This document shows, piece by piece, positions 39,157 through 53,739 of a DNA stretch of 64,000 bases (position 1 is its first letter; each line of letters opens with the position of its first letter). Location of the stretch: NCBI RefSeq assembly GCF_009914755.1, contig NC_060928.1; one strand, written 5' to 3'. A program made the translations under genes and the position numbers. Origin of the DNA: the human T2T-CHM13v2.0 reference genome, Homo sapiens. A model generated the notes under the pieces. It made no database searches and was not told the DNA's origin. It saw only the letters and a list, made by a program, of their open reading frames with translations.

Positions 39157-39479
39157 TATCTCCTTTTATGAGATGTCTAGTAAGATGTTTGTCTCATATT
39201 TTTAATTGTAGAAACTTTTTATTTTGAGCTATAGGAATTCTTTTTATATCCTGGATATCAGTACTCTCTCACATATATGAGTTTCATATTTTTCTTTCTG
39301 TTCCTATATCTTGCTAATTCATTTTCTTCATGCTGTCATTTGATGAAAAGAAGTTGTACATTTTGTTGAAAATTTAATTTACTAATTATTTATGGATATT
39401 GTTTTCTGTGACTTCTCAAAATGATTTGCCTACACTAAGTCACTAAGATACTTTCTTATGTTTTTGTCTCATGGCCATC

Positions 39480-39969
39480 ATCTAGCTAGATAGGTAGATA
39501 GATAGATATTATGAATTTGCTTGTGTAATAATGGGGACTAGAGAAGTCCCAACAACTGTATTCAGCAAGCTGAAGACAAGCGAGCTAATACTGTTGTTCC
39601 AGTCTGAGTCAGAAGGTCTGAGAACCAAGATAAATGATGATGTAAGTTCCAGTATAATTATGGTGGCCTGAGAATCAGGAGAGCCAGTGGTGTAAGTTCC
39701 AGTTCAAAGGCAGGAAAAGACTGATGTCCAAGCTCAGCGGTCAGGCAGGCACAGTTTCTTCTTACTCAACCTCTTTGTTCTATTCAGCTATTCAGTTGAT
39801 TGGATGAGGCCCATTCACATCAAGGAGGGTAATCTGGTTTAATCAGTCTGTGATTCAAATGTTAATCTTATCCAGAAACGCCATCACAGACTTACCTAGA
39901 ATAATGTTTGACCAAATATCTGGGCACCCCATGGCTCTGTCAAGTCAAAACATAAAATTAACCATCACA
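39480..39969 (-). mobile_element. MLT2 (ERVL) LTR
   Basis: Ends AATAATGTTTGACCAAATATCTGGGCACCCCATGGC..GTCAAGT..ACATAAAATTAACCATCACA; GATA repeat at the other end. Confidence 0.85.
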
Positions 39970-41361
39970 CTATTTATTCCAGCTCCATTGTTGAAAATAT
40001 ATTTTTTCCTATTTGAAGATTTGGCATCTTTGTTGAAAATCAAATGACTATGTATGAGTGAATCTATATCTGGGCAAATGAAATAAGAATTATTTTTATG
40101 AGTACTTTGAACTTGTGGTGCTGACTCTTGCTACTGCTTTCAAGAAGTTCAATGAGGATAGCGGGTATGATGGCACAAACCATCAATTGTCAAGTCAGAT
40201 TTACTAAATGCAAAGTATTACCCATGGACTAAATTTCACTAATAATTTAAAGCAGAGGTTGATGAAAAATTTTTTTACAAATGGCTAGATAGTAAACATT
40301 TTAGGCTTTACAGGATACAAATGGTAAATATCACATTTTTTTTTTCATTTTTAAATAACTCTTTAACTCATAGGCTATTATTTGTTTACCCTTTCTTAAA
40401 AATGAATGAGTAATCACAAGCCACAGGGAAAGAATGATGAAATATGAAAACACTTAATGCAGCTTTCCAGGTCTATATTTCTGCATTAAAATGCATTCCA
40501 GACCAGATTTAACATATGGCATATCTGAATTATACGTGCATGACATCAGTCACACAAAGTGTATTATTTTGGTCACAAAACATCTCCATTTTATACTCCA
40601 ATAATTTTACCCTCTGATAATTATATAGTGGACACAGATAAATTCCAGCAGACAAAAATAGAATAATTCCAGCCTAGATAGAATAGATATATTCCTATAA
40701 AGGTGTTTTAGTACATACTACCAAGAGGTCCGGTTAGTGTGTTTGCGAGGAGATTTTCCCAGAACTTTCATTTTTTTTTTTTTTTAAGTAACAGATCCCT
40801 TCCCCAGATGTGTCCAAGGTAGAGGCAATGGCTTATAGACCAGCTACTGTTCCTTCCTTTTAAGCAAGTTTAAAGGAAGTTTGCTGTTAATACCAAGAAG
40901 ACCTGATGGTGGATTCACATAACAGAAAGACAGTGTAGATTAAAATGTGAAAGTGAGTAAAACAAAGCCTTTGAGGATGTATGAGTGGGTAGGATCCAGA
41001 CACAGATCTTGGGTCATTGACTTAAGTTGGACAAGCTTTATTCTTCCTCAGAGACTAGCCAATGTAAGAGAGGGGGTTAAATATAATGAAATGCTTTGAC
41101 ATGGAAACATGTAAAAAAAGGTATATTCATGCTGGATAACCTTAATTTGAAGAGTGACAATGGATATTGAAAATCTGTTACAAAAGAAAGGAGAGAAATA
41201 AACAGAGGACTTGAGAAAACTGGAAATTTCACTGTAAGAAACATGATAAACCATCAAGGAGCTAAAACACCTAGCAGTTGTGGTTATTTTATTGTATAAT
41301 AAAATGATGAATAATAAACCTCTAATGTGACTGAATGTCATTAATGTGTGAGAGGTGATGA

Positions 41362-41694
<333 letters not shown>

Positions 41695-44135
41695 TAATAA
41701 ACAGTATTGTAAAATAAAAAAAAAAATTGTATCATTCACAAGTATTAGATTCTAAAGTCAGCCAGCATGAACATTTCATATACTGAAATACATTCTTGGA
41801 GAATTTCCAAAGAAAGACATAGATTGAACACTTTTCATTAAATCTAATGCAGCCAGCTTTTCCTTCAGCACTGAAACAGATTGCTAGTTCTGTTTGAAAT
41901 TGGCAGCTTACATTTTGGAACTATGTTGCATGAAAAATATTTATCTTTGACTAAGAGAAAGAGATTAACTGATTTACATCCCTCATCTCAGGCTTACTCC
42001 AGGGCAGAGACTTATTGGGTAGAAAAACTGATGGAATCATTCATTCCATTTACTTTATTCTCTCTTTCTCAAGCCAATGTATTTCACTTTAAGTAAGTTA
42101 AATAACCCATGTAGCATGACTCTGTGATTCCCACAAAAACTCTAAAACTAAAGATAATATTCTGATCTTACAGTGAGGAAATTGAGGCTCAAATGGCTAA
42201 GTAACTTGAGGAAGTCCAAATAGTTCATAAAATGGCATTGGTTTTCAGAGTATTCGATATATTAATGAAATGGCTTATTTTAGAATCCTGACTAGATGGG
42301 GAAAAAAAGAAGACAAAGTTTAACATGTATTAAGACAACTGGAAAAGATCAGATATTAAAGTTCAATATAATTTGGTACACTTAAATTGAACCTCTACTG
42401 TGTTTTACATATTAACTAGGCAGTGGGATGTTGAAAATGACTAAGGTGTGGTGGTTGAACTATTAGAATATCATATAAATGAATGTCAGCCTTACCAAAA
42501 TGGGAGAATGAGCATTGTAGTACTTAAAAAATTAGGCTTATCTATTAAGACAATTAGAGTTGTAAATACTAATTAGATGCTGTGGAAATGAGTCATCATT
42601 TGGTGGCAAAGGAAAGAAAACTTTGAGGCAAGTTTATGTGAGCTAGAATTTTAGGGAAAGGCTTATGGGGAATATCATGGGCAACCAGAGGCATTTTATT
42701 AAGGGTTCATAAAGACAAGAACTTCATAAATGTGCTGTGATAATCTCACTATATTCTGTCTACATATTAGAGGTTTTTGTACATATGTTCTTCCCACCGG
42801 GAATCTCTATAGTGGATTATATTTAATACATTAAAATTCATTTCTTTGAGACAGAATGAGTTTTCTGGTTAATGAGATTTAAAAAGTTGATGAAATAAAA
42901 AGCTGTGAAACAACTTGTCACTCACAAGAAGGATTTGACAATATCTTCAAAATATTCTTTACTGACAGTTGTATGATAAAGGATGTGATGCTGAAATACT
43001 TTGCAACAGTTGCAAATTAACGAAAGAATCAGAGATTAGTGCTCTCTCTTCAGAATGTGTGGGATACCAAAGTACACCTTAGGTTTAGCAGTTTTCAAAA
43101 AAAGTCCTAAACTATTAAACTGAGAAAGATTAGAAAAACCTAAATGCATATGTTTAATACTGCTAATCTGTTGAATTGCTTTATTTTAAGCCAGGCTGTG
43201 CAAAATATTAGAAAATATATATTTCTAGTCACAGTTGAGTGTATTTTTAGGAGTGATTTTCAAAACTTGAAAGAGACTTTAAAGAAATGTAAATATCATG
43301 CTCTGCTCTCTTCCGTTCCCCCTAAGGTCAGTTTCTTGGCAGTGTTCTTTCAGTCAAGACAGTTGTCTTTGCCAGTACCAGTCTACTGGGAGACAATTGT
43401 GTGTTGGGCAGCTGCCTTTTCAATAAGAGATGTGTCTCTTCCGAAAATATGTTTTTGGTACCTTCTCAGGTCTGAGAAACCAGTCCTCTAGTTGTTATTC
43501 CATATGCTGTGCCATATGCTAATTTGACATGAAACTGTATTGCAGGCAACTTTGTTTTTCCAGAGCATCACTCCAGGAGAGTAGACAGAACAGTGGGGCC
43601 ACATCAATAAAGGGATCAGTTTCACACCCATGAAAGGGACCCACTGGCTATTCACATGATCCTCATAAGGAATAAGATGATTTGAGGATGATTAAACAGA
43701 GCTTTAAATGAGAGTCCTGAAACAAAGCAGTGCACTCTAGTGATATATGTAATACACACGGTCCCAGAAATTCTTTGTGAGAATTTCTGATTTCAAATGA
43801 AAGACTCCCCTGATAAAAGTGGGTGAGCTATTTATAGCATTTAGATGGATGTAATTCAATAGGGACTTTATCCAAAATCTGTTTGGAAAGCTTGGGACCT
43901 CATCGTGAAGCTACTCTTTTTAGAAAAGGATGAAAAGTAAATAAGAATGCATTTCAGAAATGTTCTGAGAAATTGTGCTGTTGTATCTTTGTAATAGTAT
44001 TTGTGATGGTGGATCCACATTGGGGTAATAATGAATGATATTATTGAGAATCGAGAATAAGATTTGGTGGGGAGCTCACAGCCCAGGCTGTAAAAGGTGA
44101 TTTGCTGCAGGGAAAGCAAAACAAGCCTTTATTTT

Positions 44136-44520
44136 TGTGTTAGTCCGTTTTCACGCTGCTGATAAAGACATACCTGAGACTGGACAATTTACAAAGGAAA
44201 GAGTTTTAATGGAGAAGTCACAGTTCCATGTGGCTGGCGAAGCCTCACAATCATGGGGGAAGGCAAGGAGGAGCAAGTCACATCTTACATGAATGGCAGC
44301 AGCCAAAACAAAAACAAAAACAATCAAACAAAAAGCTTGGCACGTCCCGTTTTAAAAACCATCAGATCTTATGAGAGCCATTCACTGTCAGGTGAACAGC
44401 GTGGAAGAGACCTGTCCCCATAATTCAGTCATCTCCTGCTGGGTCCCTCCCACAACACGTGGGAATTATGGGAGCTACAAGAGGAGATTTGGGTTGGGGA
44501 CACAGAGTCCAACCATATCA
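44136..44520 (-). mobile_element. THE1B solo LTR
   Basis: TGTGTTAGTCCGTTTTCACGCTGCTGATAAAGACATACC ... AACCATATCA; flanks ATTTT and ATTAT. Confidence 0.93.
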
Positions 44521-45969
44521 ATTATCTTACTCTCTGAGATGAGTTTGAGACAACTCAACTAATAATGATAGAAACAAGCAAACAAAAATCCATAGCTTTT
44601 CTCTTACTGTGGAAATTTGAGAGAGTGGGGCACAGTGGATTTCATTGTGGTCATTTCTTTTTTACCACATCTTAATTAATTAAGTCAATTTTTCTTTGTA
44701 ATATCTGTCCTTGTGGACCTGGACTTAAACAGGTTATACCTGCTCACTGTGCCTACTGGGCATTTTGTTCCAGGAGTTTGGAATTAGGAGACATGTGTAT
44801 AGTAGACATATGAGAAGTGCAATGTGTGTTTTTAATTAAAGCAGGCTGAAGGGGATAATGACAATGATGTGTGTGTGATTTTCTTAAGTTGGAAAAGGAG
44901 GGAAAGTTGGACGGTTGTTGTTGTTCCTGATTCTACTTCAGGGACTACTTAGTCTTATAGATACTGAAATTCAATTTTTCTGAGCTCTACCAGGGCTTAT
45001 AGGCTCTGTGGATTCAATGCTGACTAAACTCTCAAGGGAGTAGTGATAAATGGCAATGTCAATTTATTTACAGTAGAATATCTATCTGCCCTTCAGTGGC
45101 TTCTCCAGTTTGTCCACTGGGGATATTAGCAATCCTCACTGGGAAAATGTTTATCAGAATTAAACTAGACTGTTCAATAATCTGGCCACCTAAGAAGGAG
45201 AAAGTCTCAGAGTTCTTTTAATCCATTCAAATAAGTCAATGTCAATATCATGAATACCATAGTTGAAACCTTTTAAATAAAATGCTGGGAGACAGAGGCA
45301 TTGGGACTTGGAGGCTTTCTCATCTTTCTTACTGTCATCAGTTCTTCCATTTCCCATTTGATCCATTTGTTCATGAATCATTGAGTTGTCCTTTCACCCC
45401 TTCCCTCACCTGTCCTGTGGCTGGTAGCCCCTGACACTGTGACACTTATTCCCCTCACCCTGGATTCCTCAGAATCTGTATCTAAGTGTCAGACCAGCTA
45501 GACAGCTGTTGGCCTAAAGAATTCTGAGGTATGCATTACTAGTAACAACTCATACTATTTCAGATTGTCCTTAAAAAGTGATACTAAATTCAGAAGATAA
45601 AATTTAAGAGTCTGCATGTGCAAAACGCTTCTCATGTTTAGGTAATGTGAGAGTTCTCTGCAATAATACATAGTAAAATTACATAATGAGATTTTTTTAT
45701 ACCCTGAAAAAGAGTACATGGTTTGTGCTGTAGATGTATAATGGAGGAAAAGAGACTTGATTATTCTCCACTACTCTCTATGGGACAAACTATAATATGA
45801 GAATTTGCTCATTTCTCGAGGTCCTACTCATTCATTCACTCATCCACCTAAGAATTAAGTATGTATTCCAGTCAAATCATTAAGTAATGCAAAAATTAAA
45901 AAAATTCCATTTATGCAAAATATTACAAATATTACATGTTTTGGGGAAGGAATAAAAATGATGATATAC

Positions 45970-46220
45970 CAGCAATAATAACGATGACAGCATCTACCAT
46001 TCATTTATTGATACCCACTTTGTGTCATGTGTTGTCCTCAATTGTTTTATAAGTAATTGAAGCCTCATAACGCTATATAAGTAAATATTATTATCCCTAT
46101 TTTACAATCAGAGAAGTTAAGTGAATTGACATAGGTCACACAGCTTTTAAGTGACAAAGCTTGAATGCTAGTTTCTGCCTGTCTGACTCTGAACTGTGTA
46201 GTCTTATTTATCACATTAGA
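45970..46220 (-). mobile_element. MIR SINE
   Basis: ATTATTATCCCTATTTTACAA..AGAGAAGTTAAGTGAATTG..AGGTCACACAGC..TGTCTGACTCT. Confidence 0.7.
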
Positions 46221-48724
46221 CTTTTAGAGAAAATTATGATATAGTACTACGTAAAAGATATGAAAAGGATGGTCTGCAAGGAAAGAAGGAGTTGGTGAGT
46301 GGTTCTGCTCAGGGAATTTTTCAAACAAGAGGGATGACAGGAATTGAAGCTTTGAAGTGCCTTGGGCCAGGAGGTAAGACAGAGCAAAGAACAGTGGGGA
46401 GAGAGTCTAGCCCTTTAACAGAATCTTAAATAGCCTGTTTTACTGAAGTTTAAGGGAAAGTAAAATATAAAAACTGGAGGGCTAAGTAAAAGCTAGATCT
46501 AGAATCCTTCCATGTTTTCATAAGAGGCTTGAACTTTGTCCTCTTAGCTGTCAGGAGCCACTGAAGAATTTTAAAGCAAGGGAGACGTACACTGTGTATC
46601 TGAATACGTGTCAAAATTTAAGATTTTCCTTTACTTTCCCAGTTGGAAAATATATACAGACAAAAAAATGTTTTTCCCATTTTTGGTAAAGAAGGTATAA
46701 TTTTATTAATTTAGATATGTATTTATGCAGTATAACATTATAGAAAATAACAAATTGATTTAGAATTATTGCCTTATTTCACTTTCTCATTTCAAACTCT
46801 CTTTCAGTATCTGTGGCACTGATACCATCCAGTTCACTTAAGATGCTTTTTGAGTTGGCCAACATACTTTCACTGAGCATGTCACTTCATTTCTATAAAA
46901 GTTGTATGAGATATAACACGTTGTGAATTCATATTTAAAGCTGTCATTGGAAATTATGTTCCAAGCTGCAAGAACCCCATTTCTGAAAAGAATTTATCCT
47001 ATAGGATGGGATTGCAAATAGGACAAAATCTAACCCCCAAACTTACACACCTATGTAGTATATTGTTTTTATAAGTGATCACAAACTGACTTACGTACAA
47101 TGACATTGAACATTGGTAACTGTTAGCCCAAAACTTCAGGAAATATTATTAAATATGCCTTTTATTGAGTGCCTATTGTGTGCTCCACATTTAAGAGATT
47201 CCTTTATACATACATTATCATTTTATCTTAGCCATTAAAGCCATTTTATCTTAGATCTAGTTGACATCCAACACGGATTCTGTCATACAGAATGCATTCA
47301 ATGTATCTTTTATGATTGAGAAAATGATTATAACAGATATAGCTACTACTAAGAGCTATTTCTTAAAATATTTATTTTTCATTGCATATTTTCATCTTCA
47401 CTTGTCGTTATGTAATATTGCAAGCTAGGAGAAAGCAGTGTATGAGAGCTTCCAACTTTTACAGTGTATGGGAGTTTCCAATTTTTACAGCAAAACTGGG
47501 TTTTGTCAAGTTTTAGAACTTGGACCATTGATGGATATGAAATGGCATTCCTTTACTGCTTTAATTCATAAGTCCTTGGTTTTAGTAATATCAGGAATGT
47601 TTCTCTGTGTTTACTGGGAATTTGGGCTTTCTTTTCTGTGACTTTCTTGTTTGTATTCAATACTCATTGATTTAGTTGTTTCTTCTTTTATCATTTATTT
47701 TTAGTAATATTTCATATATTTTGAATTCACATTCTTGCCTATTATGTGTTTGATATATCTCATTCTAGGTCATGGCTTCTCTTTGAACTTTGTTCACCAT
47801 ATTTTATATTGAAGAGGCATTTTACATTTAAATGCAGCCAAATACATAGAATGTTTTCTTTCATAGATCCATAAACATTTCAATTAACTCCCAATTACTA
47901 GAATCTTATTATATGGACACATATGGAGCGTAAAAAGAATGTAAAGGAATGTAAAAAGAACCATCAAGTGTATTATAGGTTGAATAATGAATAAATCAGA
48001 TAAAGGTGAAGAAAAAGGCATAATATACTTTAATGGGGAAGTTATGGAATGATTTAAATTGGTTTAAGGAAAGGAGCTATATAAATGCAAGGTATTATTA
48101 ATCAGAATGATTAAAAATGTCATATATTGTTCAGAGTGCACACCTTAGTTACCCTTTTTGTTTTATATATTGGATATTGGGGTGCTTGATATTTTAAATA
48201 TCACATACTTTCCTTGATGTTCTTTGACATTTTCTACAAACCTAGAATCCATTTTTTTAAGCAGGACAAACTTAGATTGTGAAATGTCACTTGCTTTACT
48301 TTCTTGAAATGTATAACTTAAGATACATGAGGTATATCACTGTGGTGCATATGGATACAATGGATACTTACAAAATACCTGCTTCAAAAGCTTAATACTT
48401 TTTCTTGTACCTAAATAGTAGTGGTGGCATTTGTCAAAATTCACTTCTTATACAAAGGAAAATTAAAGAACCAAGAGTTAATACTCCCAAGAGGTAAATC
48501 TAATGAAGATAAGAGTGAATTGCTATTGCTATGTCAAGTAAGGATGGTTTTGCTCTTTCATCCCCCACTCTAATAACAGAGCATTTTAGCTAGGTTGTAG
48601 CATTCATAATGTCTTTACTTGTGTTATCTCTTCTGATTCTCAGAGCTTTGTGAGATTGACTGCAGAATAATTATTATCACTAATTTAGAGATGGAATAAG
48701 TGAGGCTTAAAAACTGTGCCTTGT

Positions 48725-49049
<325 letters not shown>

Positions 49050-49249
49050 TTAGCGTTTAGCTGAGCACATCTGGAATTAAGACCCAGGTCTCTGAAATTC
49101 TGGTCTACGTTTGTTTCTTGTTTTGTTTTCTTTTTTGCCTTACTAGATCCCTAATTCACATGTTGGGTCCCAGATATTCTCAAATGGGCTCATTTCTATA
49201 TTCAACACAAAATCCTGGTATAGATATTGACACTGATAGATGGATGCAC

Positions 49250-49755
49250 AGTGACCTAAAAATATGTGTGCAAATTCTTTGACACTATATCCATCAAGAC
49301 ATGAAGTGTAATTCCTCTTTACTTGAATATAGACCAGCCTTAGTTACTCACTTCTGACTGACATAATTTGGCAAAAGTGATGCTGTATGACTTCCAGGCA
49401 AGCTCATGAAAGGTAACACAACTTCCCCTTTGCTCTCTCTTGGGACACTTGTTCTTGGCACCCATTCACCACTCTGTGAGGAAGCCACACAGCAACATGA
49501 AATGCCTGTGTGTAGGAGTTCTGGCCACAGCTCCAGCAAAGGTCTGACCTAGCAGGCAGCATCAAATGCCAGGCAGGTTTGTATGGAAATCTTACAATGA
49601 TTTAAGCTTCCCAGGCTTCAGACCACTTAGCTGATGCTGAATGGAACACAGCCAAGCTGTCTTCGCCAAACCCAGAACACAAATTCATGAACAAAATAAA
49701 AATTGTCCTTGTTTTAAGTCATTAAGTCTTGGAGAGGTTTGGATACACTGAATAC
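49250..49755 (+). mobile_element. MLT1 (G/H-like) MaLR LTR
   Basis: GCAAATTCTTTGACACT..CCATCAAGA; GGCAAAAGTGATGCTGTATGACTTCC; ATGAACAAAATAAAA..TTGTTTTAAGTCATTAAGT. Boundaries approximate. Confidence 0.75.
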
Positions 49756-51269
49756 AGCACACAGATAGTTTTACTCATGTATATTTACTATATTTAACAC
49801 TCCCTATGAGCTGACAATGGTGCTTTGTGCTGGGGATAAAAAGAGGAACCAAAGAAGGAAGGCTATATGTCATGATCTAGGAACTGTGATTTGTGGTACC
49901 TTACATATATTTTCCCAGAGTATTCTTAAAATAACCAGAAAAGAAGGCATAATTATTATTTTAATTTGTTAGAGGAGAAACTAGGTAGCCTCGAGGTTAT
50001 GTGTTTTGTTTGGATTACATAATTGGTAAGCAGTAGAAGTAAGGTACAAATGTAGTTTTTAAGGCTCAATGTTGAGTTAGGACTCATGCTTATTCTTTCT
50101 CTCTGTCAAGGGGTGATTAGGTTGGGGTTGCTGAGTCTGAAGGTATTAAATTTGGGATCCACTTATAAATAACAATTAAGCAACAAATAAATGCTATCAT
50201 AGAGATATATAAATGGTGCTTCAGGAGCATTGAAGTTGAAATAATTCTTTATTCTGACCAAACCTCCGGAAAGAATGAAGTCTTCTTTAGATTTTGCATA
50301 AGAGTTAGTAGTTACTTGGATCTTAAACAGAGGTTTGGAGAAGAAGGATTTAGAAGAACACTCAGATAATGGTGAACACGGCAAAGTCACAGAGATGCAA
50401 AGGCCTGAGGATAAGTGGGGAAAGACCAGTTGGGCTGGTGTGAATATAGGGAACAAGAGAACTAGTGGTCAGAAGCAACATAGGAAGGAGGGAAAAGATC
50501 AGGAAAAGAGTGAAGAATACCGTGTGTCCCAAGCTAAAGAGCTTGGACTTTATTTTAGAACCAGCAAGAGGCCAGGAATATTTAAAACAAGGGAGTGCCA
50601 GACTGAATCATTAGCCTAAAAAGTCAGCTGGAGTTGTCATGAGGCGATACTATTTCAGGGAGTTAAACCCATAGGAAACCTGTTGTAATAATTGTGAGAA
50701 ATGAAGAGGCACCTAAATAAAAGTAGTGGGAATGAAGATGAGAGAGTTAATTCAAGAGAGATTTAAAATAATGATTTTGAATTATTTGTGGTATGATTTG
50801 TATGGTCGGTAATTGACCCTGTAATGGATGCATGATAAGTCCCTAATTTCAGGCAGAGGGTAGAAGAGGATGTGTATGTGTTAGAGAGAGATTGAGTTTA
50901 TGTTTTAAAATGTGGTATGAGAAAAAAAGTTTTAAGTACTCAATACAAAACTAAAAGTATAACTCAGAAGCTCAGCATAAAGATAAAATTTGAAAGGCAA
51001 ATATTTGGGAGTCAGTGAAAAGAAGAGACAGATAAGAAAGGGAAATTAATGAGATTACCTGGTGACTACTAAGGGGAGAGGGCAGAGAATGCAAACTCAG
51101 GGCATAGGAGATCAGATAACTGTTTAGGGGGCTGACATTAGAAATCAACAGTAAAGGAAAATGAGAAATAGATGTTAGAAAGAATGAAGAGAAACAATAC
51201 AACATGGTTTTCTGGAATCTAAGTAAAAGGAAGGAGCTGAAGGCATCATATGACAGAGGGCTTAGGTAG

Positions 51270-51688
51270 TGATATAGTTTGGTTGTGTGTCCCCACTCAA
51301 ATCTCATGTTGAAATGTAATTCCCAATGTTGGAGGTGGGGCCTGGTGGGAGGTGATTGGGTCATGGGGGCAGGCTTTTTATGTAAGGTTTAGTACTATCC
51401 CCTTGGTGCTGTCCTTCTGATAGTGAGTGACTTCTCACGAGATCTGGTTATTTAACACATGTGCACCTCAGGTGCTCTCTCTTGCTCCTGCTTTCATCAT
51501 GTGATGCGCCTGCTCCCCTTTCACCTTCTACCATGATTTTAAGGTTCCTGAGGGCTTCGCAGAAGCCAAGCAGATGTTGGCACCACACTTCCTATAAAGC
51601 CTGCAGAATTGTGAGCCACTTAAACCTGTTTTTTTAATAAATTACTCAGTCTCAGGTATTTATAGTAATGCAAGAATGGACTAACACA
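51270..51688 (+). mobile_element. MSTA-like MaLR solo LTR
   Basis: TGATATAGTTTGG...CAAATCTCATGTTGAAATGTAA ... GGACTAACACA, 419 bp, perfect 5-bp TSD GGTAG. Confidence 0.93.
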
Positions 51689-51994
51689 GGTAGTATGAAT
51701 GCCATAAAATAGCCATTACCCTTGGCACTTAGGGTATAAGTATGGAAGTACAGTTGCAGAAGTGAAGTGGGGATTTGAAGAGACTGAACAAAGGTGGACT
51801 TGATACTGCAAAAGGGCAAAGGTAAAGAAAAAGTTTCAAGAGCAGAAAGTTATTTTTGTTAAGTTCATGCAATTCAGCACAACCAAAACATAACCTGTAT
51901 CTCCTTTTTAACATTTTTGATATTATTTTGATATTATCTTTTGACCTTAATAGAACTAAGTAGAAAGCATGAGCAGATAGTATCAAAAACTTCA

Positions 51995-52056
51995 GTGATG
52001 TTCCCCTTCCTGTGTCCATGTGTTCTCATTGTTCAAAAAAAAAAAAAAAAAAAAAA
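51995..52056. mobile_element. L1PA2/3-like micro-insertion: about 40 bp inverted 3'UTR fragment plus A22
   Basis: GTGATGTTCCCCTTCCTGTGTCCATGTGTTCTCATTGTTCAA is antisense L1 3'UTR; flanked by AAAAACTTCA(G/A)TGA repeats. Confidence 0.9.
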
Positions 52057-52254
52057 CTTCAATGAAACTGAGTTTAAGTGAGAATGTAAAGAAATCCTGA
52101 CAAGATATACAGAAAACTCAAGGAGTTTGCTGAGAAAAGAAAGAAAAATAAGGCAGCAGCTTCTTGGATATATGAGTTTGAGATTTGTTTAAAATTAAAA
52201 TTTATTTATTTTAATACGGGTTATATCACATTATTTAATATCTGTCTATATACA

Positions 52255-52513
52255 CATATGTATAATATATACATGTAAATATATATAATATACATATATA
52301 TGTATAATATATACATGTAAATATATATAATATACATATATATGTATAATATATACATGTAAATATATATAATATACATATATATGTATAATATATACAT
52401 GTAAATATATATAATATACATATATATGTATAATATATACATGTAAATATATATAATATACATATATATGTATAATATATACATGTAAATATATATAATA
52501 TACATATATGTAT
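52255..52513. repeat. AT-rich VNTR, 6 x 42 bp
   Basis: CATGTAAAT recurs at 52272, 52314, 52356, 52398, 52440 and 52482. Degenerate TA/TG flank extends to about 52603. Confidence 0.95.
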
Positions 52514-53187
52514 ACCATGTGTGTATACATATATGTATAATGTGTATATACCATATATGTTTTCGTATATATGTATATGCACATGTATGTATATGTATAT
52601 ATATTTTTTAAGGTTAGTGATGTTGAATGGAGATGATATGATAGAAGAGGAAAATTAATGTGAGAGGCCAGAATTGCTGGAGTGATAATCTTGAGTTGTT
52701 GGTAGGGAAAAGCCACTATGTATTAAGTGGAGATGTCGTAGCAGTAACCACAGTTCTTCCAGGTTATCAGGGTGGTGGGCGGGAGTACAGATGTGTATAC
52801 AGCAGGGAAACTGGCAGATGGGGTGGCAGAAATAAGTGGGAGAAGTCTTCTAATTGCTCCCTTTTCTCAGTGAAATTGAAATCATTGTAATGACTAGGGT
52901 GGGAAGGAGGAAAATGGGTGTTAAAGATTTGAAGAGAGAAGGACAAAAACTGTGAGCTGGGAGAGCAAGAGCACAAAGATATGGCATGCAGATGAATTGT
53001 TGGGCCTCCTTGCCCAGCGAGGGGAGGGTTTCGATCACAACAAGAGCATGAAGAGATCTACCAGAGAATAGTTTTAGGATATGGGAGATTCCCTGATGAT
53101 TGGGTGTAAATATCAGAGTACCTTGGACTAATTTTAAGAGTTTGATTAGAAGATGTTCAGATTCTTATGGAATGAGAGTCCTGGTGT

Positions 53188-53501
<314 letters not shown>

Positions 53502-53739
53502 CTATCAGTGTGAACTTTCTCATCATGTCTGAAGTAAATGGGAATGAAGAACAAAATTAGTTTCAGACTGACCATCTCCATGCAGACTGCTTGGTGAGGC
53601 TGTGAGTCTTCGGGTGAAAGAGAGGCAGGGGTCTTTGAGGAGTAATTAGAGACCTGGCTTTCTGCTTCCCTTTTACAGGAGTGAGAAGGAAAGATAAGAA
53701 AGCAGGACTTGATGGTGCCTAACTCATTTCCCTTTTGCA

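Larger units (their letters stand above)
35660..40075 (-). mobile_element. Old L1M (L1MC/ME-type) 3' portion, fragmented by an MLT1A piece (about 35726-35815), Tigger1 and MLT2
   Basis: Antisense L1 motifs (GTCTCATTGTGGGTTTAATTTGAATTTCTCTGATGA; GGCCATTTGTGTA|TCTCC joined across Tigger1; TTTGTTGAAAATCAAATGAC after MLT2). Confidence 0.75.
50160..52900 (-). mobile_element. Long fragmented LINE-2 hosting MSTA, an L1 micro-insertion and a VNTR
   Basis: L2-like antisense motifs (AAAGAGCTTGGACTTTATT; GAAACCTGTTGTAATAATTGTGAGAAATGA; ATTTGGGAGTCAG). Highly diverged. Confidence 0.6.

Noticed and set aside
52221-52716. Three overlapping Y/I-rich ORFs up to 156 aa
   Set aside because: Translation artefacts of the 42-bp VNTR, whose period is divisible by 3.
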